NCBI RefSeq assembly: GCF_006345805.1
Contig: NC_043002.1
Span: 35,960,001 to 36,024,000 of the forward strand
Reading direction: 5' to 3'
Source of the DNA: Octopus sinensis
Lineage: Eukaryota
Length of the DNA stretch: 64,000 bases
This document shows positions 25,061 to 37,455 of the stretch, piece after piece. Made by a program: the position numbers and the translations under genes. The notes beneath the pieces are model-generated. The model was not told the DNA's origin and ran no database searches. It was given only the letters and a program-made list of their open reading frames with translations. Within the stretch, counting starts at the first letter, position 1. Every line of letters begins with the position of its first letter.

Positions 25061-25728
25061 GTGTATGTGTGCTTGCATATGTATGCATGTATTTATGTGG
25101 ATATATGTATAGATGTGCCTAGGTGAATGCTTATTTTCTGGATTGAGCTAGAAACAGAGTTGTTCATTGACATTTCCTGTCAACAAAATTGTCCTCTAGT
25201 TCTACACTTTTGAAGACAAGTAAGCAGAATGAAAACAAAAAGGTCCTTACTTGGAAAACAGGTAAAGATTAGTAGAAGAAAAGGTATCCAGCTGTAAAAT
25301 AATACCTCAATTAATATGCATTTATCTAACAGATGCTATAGCATGGAAAACAGATGTGAAAGAAATGAGCAAATTTTAGATGTGTCTGTGTGCATGTGTG
25401 AATTTACATGTATACTTAAACAATTAAACGAGCACATATACATACAAACAAATGTACACATCTTTATATATGTATGCGTTTATATACTTACTAAATTTTT
25501 ATCATAGTGGACACTGATAATAACAAGCCTTTTAGACATTCATTCAATGAACCAGAACTAATGTTAATTCCAAGAATAACCTTCATACAATTCTATTATG
25601 TTTTACAAAACTTTTATACAAGTATAGGAGTGTAAATTTATGTGTATAGGCCTGCCTGGTGAACATATTTATATGAATGGCTCTGTGTAACTGATATATA
25701 ACTTTTGATAATTTTGTATGTGCAAAGG

Positions 25729-25772
<44 letters not shown>

Positions 25773-26747
25773 CTCACACAAACACACACACGTGTGTGTG
25801 TGTGCGCACCTTTCTACATACTGGCATTAATTCATACACACAACAGCATTAATATGCACCCTAAATATCCATAAAAGGGAAACAATACAAGTTTTAGATA
25901 CTTGCCAATCCCCAGAATGAACTATTTCACATGAATTCACACTCCTTTTTTGATATTTCATATTACGAATTGTAATTACAGTTATCAACCCCATTAACCC
26001 AGACACATCTAATGCTCCTAATCTTATAAATGCCATAGTTGCAATCAGTCAGAGGTGAAACTTAAGTAGACTGCCATTTTCTGTTATAATAAACATATCT
26101 GTCCACTCTACCCATTGATTTTGACTTCTATATCAGATAATATTTGCACTACGTATATGTCATGATCGTTTTTATCATCATCATTGTCATCATCATCATC
26201 AGACAAAATTTACTGAGGCAAATTTTTTGTAGCTAGATGACCTTCCTGTCACCAACCCTCACATGTTTCCAAGTAAAGGATGTTTTTACATGACCAGATA
26301 TGTTTTACACAGAAGATTGGAAACAAAGGACACTATTCGCATGTGATGGTAACACTTGTTTACAACTATCACATGATGTCAAAGCAAGGAGACAGTAACA
26401 CACAGACACACATGCTTCCCCATCCTTGTGTGTATGTGTGCTTAGTGGTTTGATTATTTGGTTCATGATCATAATGTCATGAGTTCAATTCCCAGTAACA
26501 CATTGTGTCCTTCAGCAAGATGCTTTCCTGTTGCTCCAATCCATTCAGCAGGCTGAACATGAGTTGTACCTATAATTCAAAGAGCCAGCCTTGTTGCATC
26601 CTGCATCTCGTTGAACCCTTAGACTATGTTAAGGGTAGACGTGACTGTGGAGTGCTTAGCCACCTGCATGTTAATTTCATGAGCTGACTGTTCAGTTGAT
26701 CTGATCAACTTGAAACCTCATTGCTGTAACCAATCAAGTGCCCAACC

Positions 26748-26778
<31 letters not shown>

Positions 26779-26797
26779 TCATCATCATCATCATCAT

Positions 26798-26891
26798 AAT
26801 ATATGCATCATCATCATCATCATTTAACGTCCGTTTTCCATGCTAGCATGGAAAACGGACGTTAAATGATGATGATGATGATGCATATATT
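26798..26891. repeat. Perfect 94 bp palindrome of RTE tail sequence
   Basis: AATATATG(CAT)6TTAACGTCCGTTTTCCATGCT|AGCATGGAAAACGGACGTTAA(ATG)6CATATATT, with no spacer. Confidence 0.95.
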
Positions 26892-27119
26892 GTAGCTGTG
26901 ACCAGTGCCCCCTTACTGGGTCCCATTCCAGTGGCACATAAAATGCATCATCCGAATGTGGTTGATGCCAGTGTCCCCTGACTGGCTCCCATGCTAGGAG
27001 CACTTGACTGGCTCTCGTGCCGGTGGCATATAAAAAGCACCATTCAAATGTGATAGTAAAGATACAATCAGCTGTGCCCCTTTAGGGAACAAAAACCACA
27101 CAGAGACTCAGACACTATA

Positions 27120-27295
27120 TTTTGTACATTGTATTTAAATGTTCTAACAAAATGCAGGCAAGTACCTTTCCAACCACAGACAAAAGTGAAATCCCACAAA
27201 AATTACCACACAGATCCTTTGGCCCCGATTTATACAAGGAGACTAAAATAGCATCAATCCAGTCTTGAGGCACTTTCTCAGTTCTCCAACAGTGA
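27120..27295 (-). mobile_element. RTE LINE reverse transcriptase N-terminal fragment
   Basis: CWRTEKVPQDWIDAILVSLYKSGPKDLCGNFCGISLLSVVGKVLACILLEHL matches the RTE W...P.DW.DA.LV.LYK.G....CGNYRGISLLS..GKVLA motif. Confidence 0.85.
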
Positions 27296-27313
27296 CAAAT
27301 TAATATATAAGAG

Positions 27314-27358
<45 letters not shown>

Positions 27359-27379
27359 GTATGTATGTATGTGTGTGTA

Positions 27380-27590
27380 TATATGTATGTGTGTGTCTGT
27401 GTTTGCCCCCCCCCCAACATCACTTGACAACCGATGCTGGTGTGTTTATGTCCCCGTAACTTAGCAGTTCAGCAAAAGAGACCGATAGAATAAATACTAG
27501 GCTTCCAAAGAATAAGTCCTGGGTTTGATTTGCTCGACTAAAGGCGGTGCTCCAGCATGGCCACAGTCAAATGACTGAAACAAGAGTATA
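27380..27590 (+). mobile_element. SINE family A 3' half
   Basis: AACATCACTTGACAACCGATGCTGGTGTGTTT...GGCGGTGCTCCAGCATGGCCACAGTCAAATGACTGAAACAAG. Confidence 0.85.
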
Positions 27591-27604
27591 TATATATATA
27601 TATA

Positions 27605-28030
27605 TCATCATCATCATCATCATCATCATCGTTTAACGTCCGCTTTCCATGCTACCATGGGTTGGACGGTTCAACTGGGGTCTGGGAAGCCCGAAGGCTG
27701 CACCAGGCCAGTCAGATCTGGCAGTGTTTCTACAGCTGGATGCCCTTCCTAATGCCAACCACTCTGTGAGTGTAGTGGGTGCTTTTTATGTGCCACCGAC
27801 ACAGGTGCCAGACGAGGCTGCCGAACGGCCACGCCCGGATGGTGTTTTTTTGCGAGGCTGGCACAGCCACAATCGGATGGTGTTTGTTACGTGCCACCAA
27901 CACGGAGGCCAGTTGATGCGGTACTGGCTACGGCCACGTTCGGAAGGTTTTCTTATGTGCCACCAGCACTGGTACCACAAAACTACAAATTCCATTGATG
28001 TTGGTCGATTTCGATTTGATTCTTTGATTT
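27605..28030 (-). mobile_element. RTE 3' UTR/tail copy with internal tandem subrepeats
   Basis: (CAT)n-CGTTTAACGTCCGCTTTCCATGCTACCATGGGTTGG... with three to four GGTGC/TTTTTACGTGCCACC-type units. Confidence 0.85.
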
Positions 28031-28039
28031 TTGATTTTT

Positions 28040-28270
28040 GATTTTATATATATATAAAGTTAATCCAAACATGAAAACACAAAGAGAAAACACAACAACG
28101 CGAGGACGTGGAACAAGTATAGTATTATTGGACGCTCAGGAAAGAAGGAAAGAAGGAGGGTTTAACATTTCGAGCAGAGCTCTTCGTCAGAAACATAGGA
28201 AAAGGAAAGATCCAAAGAAGGGAAGACGGAGGAAAAAAAAAATCGCCAACGGTACACATGCGGTCACATT
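28040..28270 (-). mobile_element. Penelope-like terminal repeat with minimal hammerhead motif (28160-28194)
   Basis: Minus strand GTTT-CTGACGA-AGAGC-TCT-GCTC-GAAAT-GTT-AAAC: stem I GTTT/AAAC, stem II GAGC/GCTC, intact CUGACGA core. Confidence 0.75.
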
Positions 28271-28299
28271 TTGAATGTATATATATGTGTATATATATA

Positions 28300-28371
<72 letters not shown>

Positions 28372-28810
28372 TTTAAGGGTTTTACAGTTTCATTCTACCA
28401 AATCCATTTACAAGGCTGTGGTCAGCCTGAGGCTATAGTGGATACACTTCCCCAAGGTTCTATATAATGGGATTAAACCCAAAGCCATGTAGTTGAGAAG
28501 CAAACTGCTTACCACACAGCCATACCTGTGCCTCTATGTGTGTGTGTGTTTGCAGGCATAGTTGTGTCGTTAAGTTCACTTGCCAGTCACATAGTTTTGG
28601 GTGAGAGGATGAGCTTCTAGCTGTAAAACTCAATAATATATTTGTGTAACCCATGCTAGCATGGAAAAACAATCATGAAAATGAACAAAGAAAAAACAAG
28701 TGAAAAATATTGACATTCAGAGCTTGCAATTTAAATTCTTTATTCTAAGTGGCCTGATCATGTTCTTAAGCACTGCTGACCTCCAGGACTCTGTGTGTGT
28801 GTGTGCACAA

Positions 28811-28841
<31 letters not shown>

Positions 28842-29629
28842 AACTATAAATTCTTTTGCCAAAAGAACTTAGTATTTTTAAATGATGGCATTGTGTAATA
28901 GCTAGAGCATTTAACTGCTGTCAGCATTAAATCCTATTGCCAACAAGTTAAATTTTTCAAATTGACTAGATGCCATCAGGCTGTAATAATGTCTATATAT
29001 AACTCTGTTAACTATTAAACTTGTTGAGCAATTAACCCTCACAAGTCCATACTGACAGGCTTGATTGCAATACAATCTACATAATTCATAGATTTAACTA
29101 TAATCTATATATAGTTATATAACTATAACTACAATCCTCTTGCTTATTAGTTGAAGAAGTAACGGAAGTGCTGTGTATGACACAATAGTGATTTAGGACC
29201 AAGTGATTTTCTTATAAATGAAAATGTTGGTGTTGCCTGAAATACAGTTAACTAGGATGTTATGGTGTCTCATTTTCTTTTGCATGAGCTAACTAAAAAT
29301 AAATTTCTCATACAGACATATATGCACACATACATACATATATATGCACATATATATATGTGTGCGTATATATGTTTTACTACTTCACGGCAGGAGGTGC
29401 AGATGAGGGCAGCTGCATCGAACTCTCTCATGCACCAAATGGCAATTGCTAAAAAGCATTCTGTGAAGTAAAATCATGTAGCAACACCAAATGGCTGTGC
29501 CCCAGCATGGCCACAGCTCGTGAGCTGAAACTAGATAAAATAAAATAAAATAAAATAAAAATATATATGCCCCAGCTTGGCCGCGGCCTTCGGGCTAAAA
29601 CATTTTTAAGGATTTAAGGATATATATTA

Positions 29630-30030
29630 TATACAGGCAGGAGTATGGCTGTATTGATTAAGAAGTGTGCTTCCCAACCATGTAGTCTTGGATTAAGTTT
29701 CACTGCATGGCACTGTAGGCAAGTGTCTTCTATTTTAACCCCGGGCCAGCTAAAACCTTGTAAGCATATTTGGTTGACAGTAACTGAAAAATCTGTTGTG
29801 TGTATGTGATTGTGTGTGTGTGTCTTTGTGTGTGTGCACGTGCACATCTCTTCCCCCCACTTCCCTGTTGCTTGATAATTGGTGTTGAATTGTTTACATA
29901 CCCATAACTTAGAAGTTCAGCAAAAGAAACCAATAGAATAAGTAATAGGCTAAAAAAAAAAAAGCACAGGGTCAATTTCTTCAACTTAGCAGTTCAGCAA
30001 AAGAGACCAATAGAATAAGTAATAGGTTTT
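29630..30030 (+). mobile_element. Degraded SINE family A with duplicated 3' block
   Basis: Degenerate tRNA-like head, GGCAAGTGTCTTC, CA-rich middle, and two copies of AACTTAG(A/C)AGTTCAGCAAAAGA(A/G)ACCAATAGAATAAGTAATAGG. Confidence 0.65.
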
Positions 30031-30039
30031 AAATAAAAA

Positions 30040-30158
30040 AAGCACAGAGGTCAAAGTCAACCTCGGTGAACTTTGGACTCAGAATGTAAGGACAGATGAA
30101 CTGCCATTAAGCATTTTGGCCAGTATGTTAATGATTCTGCCAGCTCACCACCTTAATA

Positions 30159-30193
<35 letters not shown>

Positions 30194-30420
30194 AATAATA
30201 ATCATTCCTACTATAGGCATAAGGCCTGAAATTGTAAGGGAGAGAGAGCTAGTTGATTACATTGACTCCCAGTGTGTAACTGGTACTTATTTCATCTACC
30301 CTGAAAGGATGAAAAGCAAAGTTGACCTCAGCAGAATTTGAACTTAGAATGTAAAGAAAGATGAAATGCCACTTGGTATTTTGTTTGACATGCTGGTGAT
30401 TCTGCCAACTCGCCACCTTC
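30040..30420 (-). mobile_element. Two adjacent SINE family B copies separated by (AAT)n
   Basis: Two GCCA(G/A)CTC(A/G)CCACCTT ends (minus-strand head AAGGTGG(T/C)GAG(C/T)TGGCAGAATC). The second copy also carries CTGGTACTTATTTCATCTACCCTGAAAGGATGAAAAGCAAAGTTGACC. Confidence 0.75.
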
Positions 30421-32272
30421 TTAATAATAATAATGATAATAATAATGATAATAATAATAATAATAATCCTTTCTATTATTGTCACAAGGTCTGAAATTTT
30501 GGGAAAGAGGCAAGTCGATTACATGCTCAGCTAGTACTTAGGGAAGATTAAATAAATAATGCATGTGTTTAATTAGCAAGAGATGACCATCCCCAAGTAT
30601 AACAATATGTTTCAACACATGTTTTCACATCAAAAATCTTGCAAAACAGGTACATATATGTATATATGATACCATTTCTAGAAATTGTGAAGTGAACTTT
30701 GCCTTTTATATTTTCAGGGTTAGTAAAATAAAGTACTCACCAAGTGCTGGGATTTATTTAATCAACTAATCCCGCCTGTCAAAATTCCTGGACTTGTACT
30801 AACTTAGAAACATTATCTTTTAGAAATCCTTTTGAAAATGTTAAGAAATCGTTATTGACTTGTCAGTAAAATATAAAAAATATATTTTCTTGACTTGAGA
30901 TTGTCTAGCCTTAAACATGTGCAACTAAAACTAATATAACAGTTTTAAAAGAATGCCAGGGTACAGTTTTCAATGCAGTGCTCAAATTTGGAAGTGTATG
31001 TGAATTGTGAGAAGTAGAGAGAGAGAGAGAGAAAGAGCGAGGGAGAGGAGAGTGGTGGTGATGATGAATGCTGTAAAATTGACTTGCACTAGATTCATGA
31101 AGCACTGTTTTTTGTGTAGACATGATTAATGTATGTTAACCCTGTTAGAAACATTATACAGTGTGTGGTAACTTATTATTTGTGGATACTTACTTTATTG
31201 CTCTTACAGCTTGTATTTCTCATGTAAATTCAGTCTCGCTTATGTTATCTTTGCTATTACTACTACATTTTCTAGTTAAGTAATTTATGTCTGAATGTCA
31301 AGTAGTAGCTGAGGCTGTGTTCTATCCATGTGCGTGCTTACGTATGCTTTTATGCATATTCCTAGATATTACATTGCTTAATAACTGTATTGTGTCTTCC
31401 CTGCACATATTCACTGTCTGTCTGTATCAAAGCCAATCTCATCCTTATTTTTCAATTCTTTCAACAATACCATTAGTAAACTGCTTGTATCAGTTTGAAA
31501 TCACTCCTTGAACCATTCTCTTATATACTATATATTTAATTCAAAAGAATTAACAAAATATATATTATTTCATAGGCCTTATTTTATCCTGACCTAATTT
31601 GAAATTTAACTCTTTAAACTACTATGTCACCATGATCTTGTTACTCCTATTGAATAAGGTAGGTACATTTATGAAATCCTAACCCTTAAGATAATAGCTT
31701 TAAATTTCATTCCTTTTTCCATTCTTTTCTCTCTCTTACAAGTATTGAAAGAGAACAGTTGGAGAAAGAAAGAAATTTTACATTGATAACAACAAATATC
31801 TTAATATTTTCATAACTCATACAAATGCAACCTAGTTTTGCAATTTACTATGTAGTTGATTAAGATTAAGCAGTCCCTGGTATCTGTTTTCTGTACATAA
31901 TTCTGGTGAGATTCAAGTTTTGCTTCTTTTGGGACTTCTGTTTTCTGGACAAGATTTCTTTCATTGTTCTCATTTCTACTCTCCTCTTGCCTAATATTGT
32001 GCCTTTCACAAGACCATCAGATAAGGCAGGCAGTACAGCTTGCTGCCTGGTTAAAACCCCAGCAAGATGTGGGGAATTAGTTGATTGATCAGACAGTCAG
32101 TATTCTCCTAGGATTTTTTTCTATGCTTCTTCCTTAAAATTCTTCTTTCCTTCTTTTGTCTCCCATTAAATTGCTAGTAACTTGCCACTCAGTCTCTCCA
32201 CCACACTTTGATAGTTTTTCTGCAGATGAAATCTGAGATAACTATTTAAAAAGTTATACTATATATAAATAG

Positions 32273-32308
<36 letters not shown>

Positions 32309-32792
32309 CACACCTTGGTAGTTAATAGAGCAAATCAACAATAGTTATATTTGCGTTCAAACCTTCTAATACTCTAAAGTAAGGTATCTTGTAGGTGAAT
32401 ATAATTAAATAAATGTCTAGGCATGTGTTGGTGTTGCCTTTGGAGGTCTCTTTGAGAATAACCATCAATTACTCGAGTCTATAAATACTACTGCTATTTT
32501 TCAGGTTCAGGAATTAGCATTTGGAAAATCATCCAGTAGTTCTACATTTTCAGCAAATATAGCTGGCTCATACTGAAATAGAAAACAGATGCAAAAATAT
32601 ATATTACAAGATGTTTTTTCTTCAAAACAATATGTGGTATAGCTGTATATTTTTGGCGTAAAGAGCCCATGACACATTTTCAATTCCCAGTAGAACAGCT
32701 TCCTTTGATGCGAAGTTCCTTTAGGAAATACACGAGTAAATCTACTTCTTTAGCCCCAATTTGAACCATTTTGCACAAGTATGTACTTCTTT

Positions 32793-32823
<31 letters not shown>

Positions 32824-34629
32824 TGTGTGTATGTCTGGTCTGATTAAGAATTTCATTATTTATAACCTGGTCTTGCCAGCATACACTCAAGATGATTTGC
32901 GGCTTTAATCAGACTAGAATTAACAGCATTAAGCTAAGGTATTACACTGCTGACTGCAACAAGGTGGCCTTATTCAAAGAATATTAGATCATTGACTGCT
33001 GAAGATGCTTATGCATGGAGAATTATAATAAGAAACATGTCTAATGGGGGCTGTGAGGCAACAATGAACCAGTAGAACATCCAGAATACGACAACTGGAG
33101 AAGAAGAGAACTTCACTAGCATTTGGTAGTACCCATTTTAGCTGAGTAGATTTGAGCAATATAAAATAAAGTACCATACTCAATGACTTCGTCATGCTAC
33201 CCAATCCATGAATCAAACCCGTGGCCTTATGACCATGTGCCCACTTATATATTTACTAAAGGAACTTTTGAATCACACTGTATGCTTACATACATATAGT
33301 CATGTGATAATTACATTGTGGTAGAGTCATTATATCAGTTTATAACACACATGCACACTGTATACAATGCCATTATTGTTTTACACTATGTCAGCTGTGA
33401 TTAAACAGACCCATGATCAAAATACATCCAAACTATAACCATCCTCTCTTCTTTGTAGAAACAGTTTATATTGGACTACATCATTCAATGTGTTTCTTCT
33501 TTTTTTTTTTGTTGTTGTTAACAGTAAAGTATGGATGCTAAAGGCGTTGGCTGCTATTTCTAGAAGGGTAAAACTACATAAAGACTTTTGCATTGGCTAT
33601 GTCAGTAGTTCTCAACCAGGGTACATATATGATTTTGTTGTTAAAATTTATGTGCAATAAATTGCTTATAGTGCGACAATACACAGTATTTTAACCATTT
33701 TTAAAAAATATAATTCCTAATAATATTTAATTATAAAAATACAATAGGGTTTTTTTTTAAAGATCAAATAGTTAAGAGGACCCCTTTGAGTAAAATAGGA
33801 ATCAAAGAGGCTCATAGGTAAAAAAATGGCTGAGAAATACTGGGTTAGGTAGTAAAGGCTTCTGTTATGTATCTTTGATTTAGTCGCTGACATGCTATTT
33901 CATTGTAGTTATACTGAGAAACTGTTTCTCTGGTATCAGTAACCAGGATGTAGATGTACAATGAAAGACTTGGATACCCAATTATTGTTACCAAGTAATA
34001 ATAAAATAGAAGTGGATAACACAATGTGTGTATGTTAGTGTATTTAATGGTCACAATGACCCTACCGCATCTAATTGTTTGAGTGTTACCATGTACACTC
34101 TCAGATATGAATTCACTTGACAAGCAAGTGCAACTCAGAAATATAAATCTAATACATACACTCACCTCACCACCACCACCAACAACACATACATCCATAT
34201 ATTTGAACTATATGACTGCAAAGGGAACTTTTAAACTATGCGTCCATGTTTGCATCTCTCTCTTCCTAGTTTGTCTCTTTTTCCTCTCTTTCTCTCAATA
34301 TCTGTGTTTGTTTGTTTGTGTGTGTGTGTGTATGTATGTGTCCATGTCTGTAGTCATATTTCAGTGATTATATTTAGCCTCTATGTCCCAATAAATTAGT
34401 GTTGTAAAAAATAGTAATTAATATGATATTAATACTGAAATCAGTATTAAGGTCAATATGATCAATATTAAAAGTTTGATGATATTGCCCCACTGTGGCT
34501 ACAGTGCACTGACTGAAACCTGTAAAAAAATAAATATGTGTGTGTGTACATACATACACACACACACACCACACACACACACACACGCATACACATACAC
34601 ACATACATACATAGGGAGAATTCACCAAA

Positions 34630-34800
34630 AAAACAAATGACAAAGACAGATGGTGTAGACAACAAACAGATGTATTAGTTTAACACTCAGGAAGTGAAAA
34701 AGTCTTTAACATTTCGAGCCTACGCTCTTCCACAAAAAGGAACACAGAAAGAAACAAGGAGAGAAAATAAAGAATGTGTAGTGGCTAGCGATCTATCATG
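34630..34800 (-). mobile_element. Penelope-like terminal repeat with degenerate hammerhead (34703-34738)
   Basis: Minus strand TTTTTGTGGA-AGAGC-GTAG-GCTC-GAAAT-GTT-AAAGA. Stem II and GAAA are intact; the CUGANGA core is mutated. Confidence 0.55.
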
Positions 34801-35742
34801 GCAAATACTTAGTGTCTGTAGTTCCATTTGTTCCCTAGTTTGACACTAGTAGGAATTTTGATGCAACTAACTTCAACAGGCTTTCGTTGTAATTTTCAAA
34901 AAATGGTAACATGGTGGAGTGTCACATGATGTATGATGTCAAAAAAATGTTAACCCTGGAAAGAGGTCTACAATCTGTAGTTAGATTTTTCCCACCACCA
35001 TTGTGGGAGGATTTATTCTATATTTTTCAGTTCAGCGTAAATTGCACTATTCTGAATTCTTGCTGAAAGACTGTCAAAGATAGACTTGTAACTCACCCTT
35101 ATCTTTCTTTTACTTTTTGTTTTTGTAATTGAAGTGCTTCTTAAGTGATATAATATTTTCTTTCTGATGGTATGAAAGAGCTTATGTGCTGGTATAATCT
35201 GCTCTTAAATTACTTTCCTGTTAGCCAAGGTATCAGTACTTTTGGTTTATGTCTGATACACAATGCAGTTACTTCTTTGACTTCTGTTGCTTAGTATTGG
35301 AAAATGTTATTGTTATACAATGAAAAGATTTTTTTTTAAGACAAAGTTTTATACAATAATTGGTATTGTTTCATGCGACATGTTGTCGTCTTATGCGTCT
35401 CCAACCATAATAAAAATGTATTTAAGGTTACTTTGTTCATAAAAATGTATTTAAGGCTGCTTTGCATAAAACCGTGGTATTGAAGTAACTACAGGCACTA
35501 AATGTAATACACAGTACCTCACTCTCTGTTTATCAAATACTTTGGTGTTTTGCACAGAAAGAAGAGCAGCATCTAGACATGCAGTTTATGACATGTATAG
35601 CCTCACTAGCATGTGTTTGTGAGTATATATGAGATGTACATATAATTGAGTACATAAATGTATGTGTCTGTAAATATTTATAGGAATGTGTGTATGTGTT
35701 CAACCTGATTTTTTTTCTCTGAGTAGAGTAATTTTCTTCTAG

Positions 35743-35787
35743 TCTCTTATTAGAAAAGTACCTTTATTTTGGGGGTCTGCAGAGTTG
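35743..35787 (+). CDS. Host gene coding exon (xLLLEKYLYFGGLQS-W), unidentified protein
   Basis: Acceptor AATTTTCTTCTAG|, donor TG|GTGAAT. Ends in phase 2 and joins 37033 to form TGG. Confidence 0.6.
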
Positions 35788-35963
35788 GTGAATTTTAGAA
35801 TGGAACAATTAATCAATCACACAACTAAAATTTGTTTTGTTTTGGGATTTGGTTTGCAAGATTCTTTATGTGAGTTCATGTGTTGAAGCATATTCTGTTG
35901 TGTCATTCTCTTTTAGTGCCTTATCATTTAACACACTCACCAGTAAAATATCCACTCATTTCC

Positions 35964-36067
35964 TTCTTTATTTTTCTAAAATTTTCGTTACGTCTTGCAA
36001 TCTTTTCAATAATCTTGACTCTGTTATTCACACTGTGTTCTTTTTGTTTGTGCACATGTGTGTGAGT

Positions 36068-36101
<34 letters not shown>

Positions 36102-36917
36102 ACATATATATATATATGTATATGTGTACATTTGCATGTATGTATGTGTGTACATTTGTATGTATGTACTCTGCATATTCATGTGTTTGTGTGTTTTTAT
36201 GTGTGTGTGTGTGCATATCTGAGTGTGTGTGTGTGTGTGTTTTGGAACTATGTACCATGTTTGTATGTTTGAATGTGTATTTCCATATGTGTGGATGTGA
36301 CTCCATATGTGTCCGTGTGTAAAGTAAAGTGTGTGTGTGTGTATATATGGTCATGTGTTTCAGTCTTCATTTCTGTATATGTGTGTATGTGTGTTTGTCT
36401 GTTCATATAACCTATGTACCTATCTGTCTGTATGTTGATCTGTTTACTTTCATATCCATATGCTTACATACATGTGCAGATACAGATATGAAAGTAAACA
36501 GGTCAACATACAGACGGATAGGTACATAGGTTATATGAACAGACAAGCACACATACACACACATACAGAAATGAAGACTGAAACACATGATCATATATAC
36601 ACACACACTTTACTTCACACAAGGACACATATGGAGACACATATCCACACATATGGAGATACACATCCATACATACATAAATATGCAGAATACATACATA
36701 CAATTGTACACACATATATATACATAAATACATATTCACACACACATACATGCATACATACACATGCATACATACAAACATGCATATGTGTGCACACACA
36801 CACTGACCTACACACATGTGCACAAACAAACAAAAAGAATGCAGTGTGAATAACGGACAAAGTCAAAACTTTTGAAAAGGTTGCAAGACGCAACAAAAAT
36901 TTTAGAAAAATAAAGAA
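35964..36917. repeat. ~950 bp fold-back (inverted duplication) inside a host-gene intron
   Basis: The left arm 35964-36456 is the reverse complement of the right arm 36485-36917, including the non-repetitive outer ends (TTCTTTATTTTTCTAAAATTTT.GTT.CGTCTTGCAA). Central spacer 28 nt. Confidence 0.9.
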
Positions 36918-37032
36918 TAAAATTTTCTCCTTTTAAACTGAAGTATACATTGTAAAGTGTAAACTATATTGTATGAAACTTTAAAACCAACCAAATGCTT
37001 ATAATCTTAGTTTCATTGTTATTCATTTTTAG

Positions 37033-37138
37033 GCCTCAAATTCTTGTAAAGGAAGCTTTCTGTATGGCTTCTCAGCTTGCTGGCTGTTATCCACCAAATC
37101 TGCCTACAGTCTTAAAAATGGAGGACGCATTAAATAAT
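37033..37138 (+). CDS. Host gene coding exon (PQILVKEAFCMASQLAGCYPPNLPTVLKMEDALNN), unidentified protein
   Basis: Acceptor TTTCATTGTTATTCATTTTTAG|, donor AAT|GTAAGC, 106 nt open frame, phase 2 to 0. Confidence 0.8.
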
Positions 37139-37392
37139 GTAAGCCTATAAATGAAAAGAAAAATAATAATTGGATAAACACAATAACTGTTTTTGATCTT
37201 AGATCTACTCAATCTTGTACAACCTGGGGGTAAAGAGCAAAAACAGCTGCTTAACCTCCACCTATTCCATGCTAGTAAATTTCAATATTTGTATATGGGC
37301 TTTTAAACTTTTGCTGTCAAGATTTTACAGGTGATTGTTGGAAAATTACTAACAGCGTATCAGTTTATTTGGCTATCCCCTTTTCTTTCCAG

Positions 37393-37455
37393 GATGATAA
37401 ATTAAGGCTGTATCTCAAATGTTTTTTATTGTTTGAGGAAGGTGGGGAGGGTCAC
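37393..37455 (+). CDS. Host gene coding exon (DDKLRLYLKCFLLFEEGGEGH), unidentified protein
   Basis: Acceptor CCCCTTTTCTTTCCAG|, donor CAC|GTAAGA, 63 nt, phase 0 to 0, in frame with the preceding exon. Confidence 0.8.

Noticed and set aside
2161-33932. Several micro-exon candidates (2161-2185, 10399-10418, 10455-10509, 20941-20975, 33909-33932)
   Set aside because: AG/GT-flanked short open frames arise often by chance in AT-rich DNA. The phases cannot be chained uniquely without RNA evidence.
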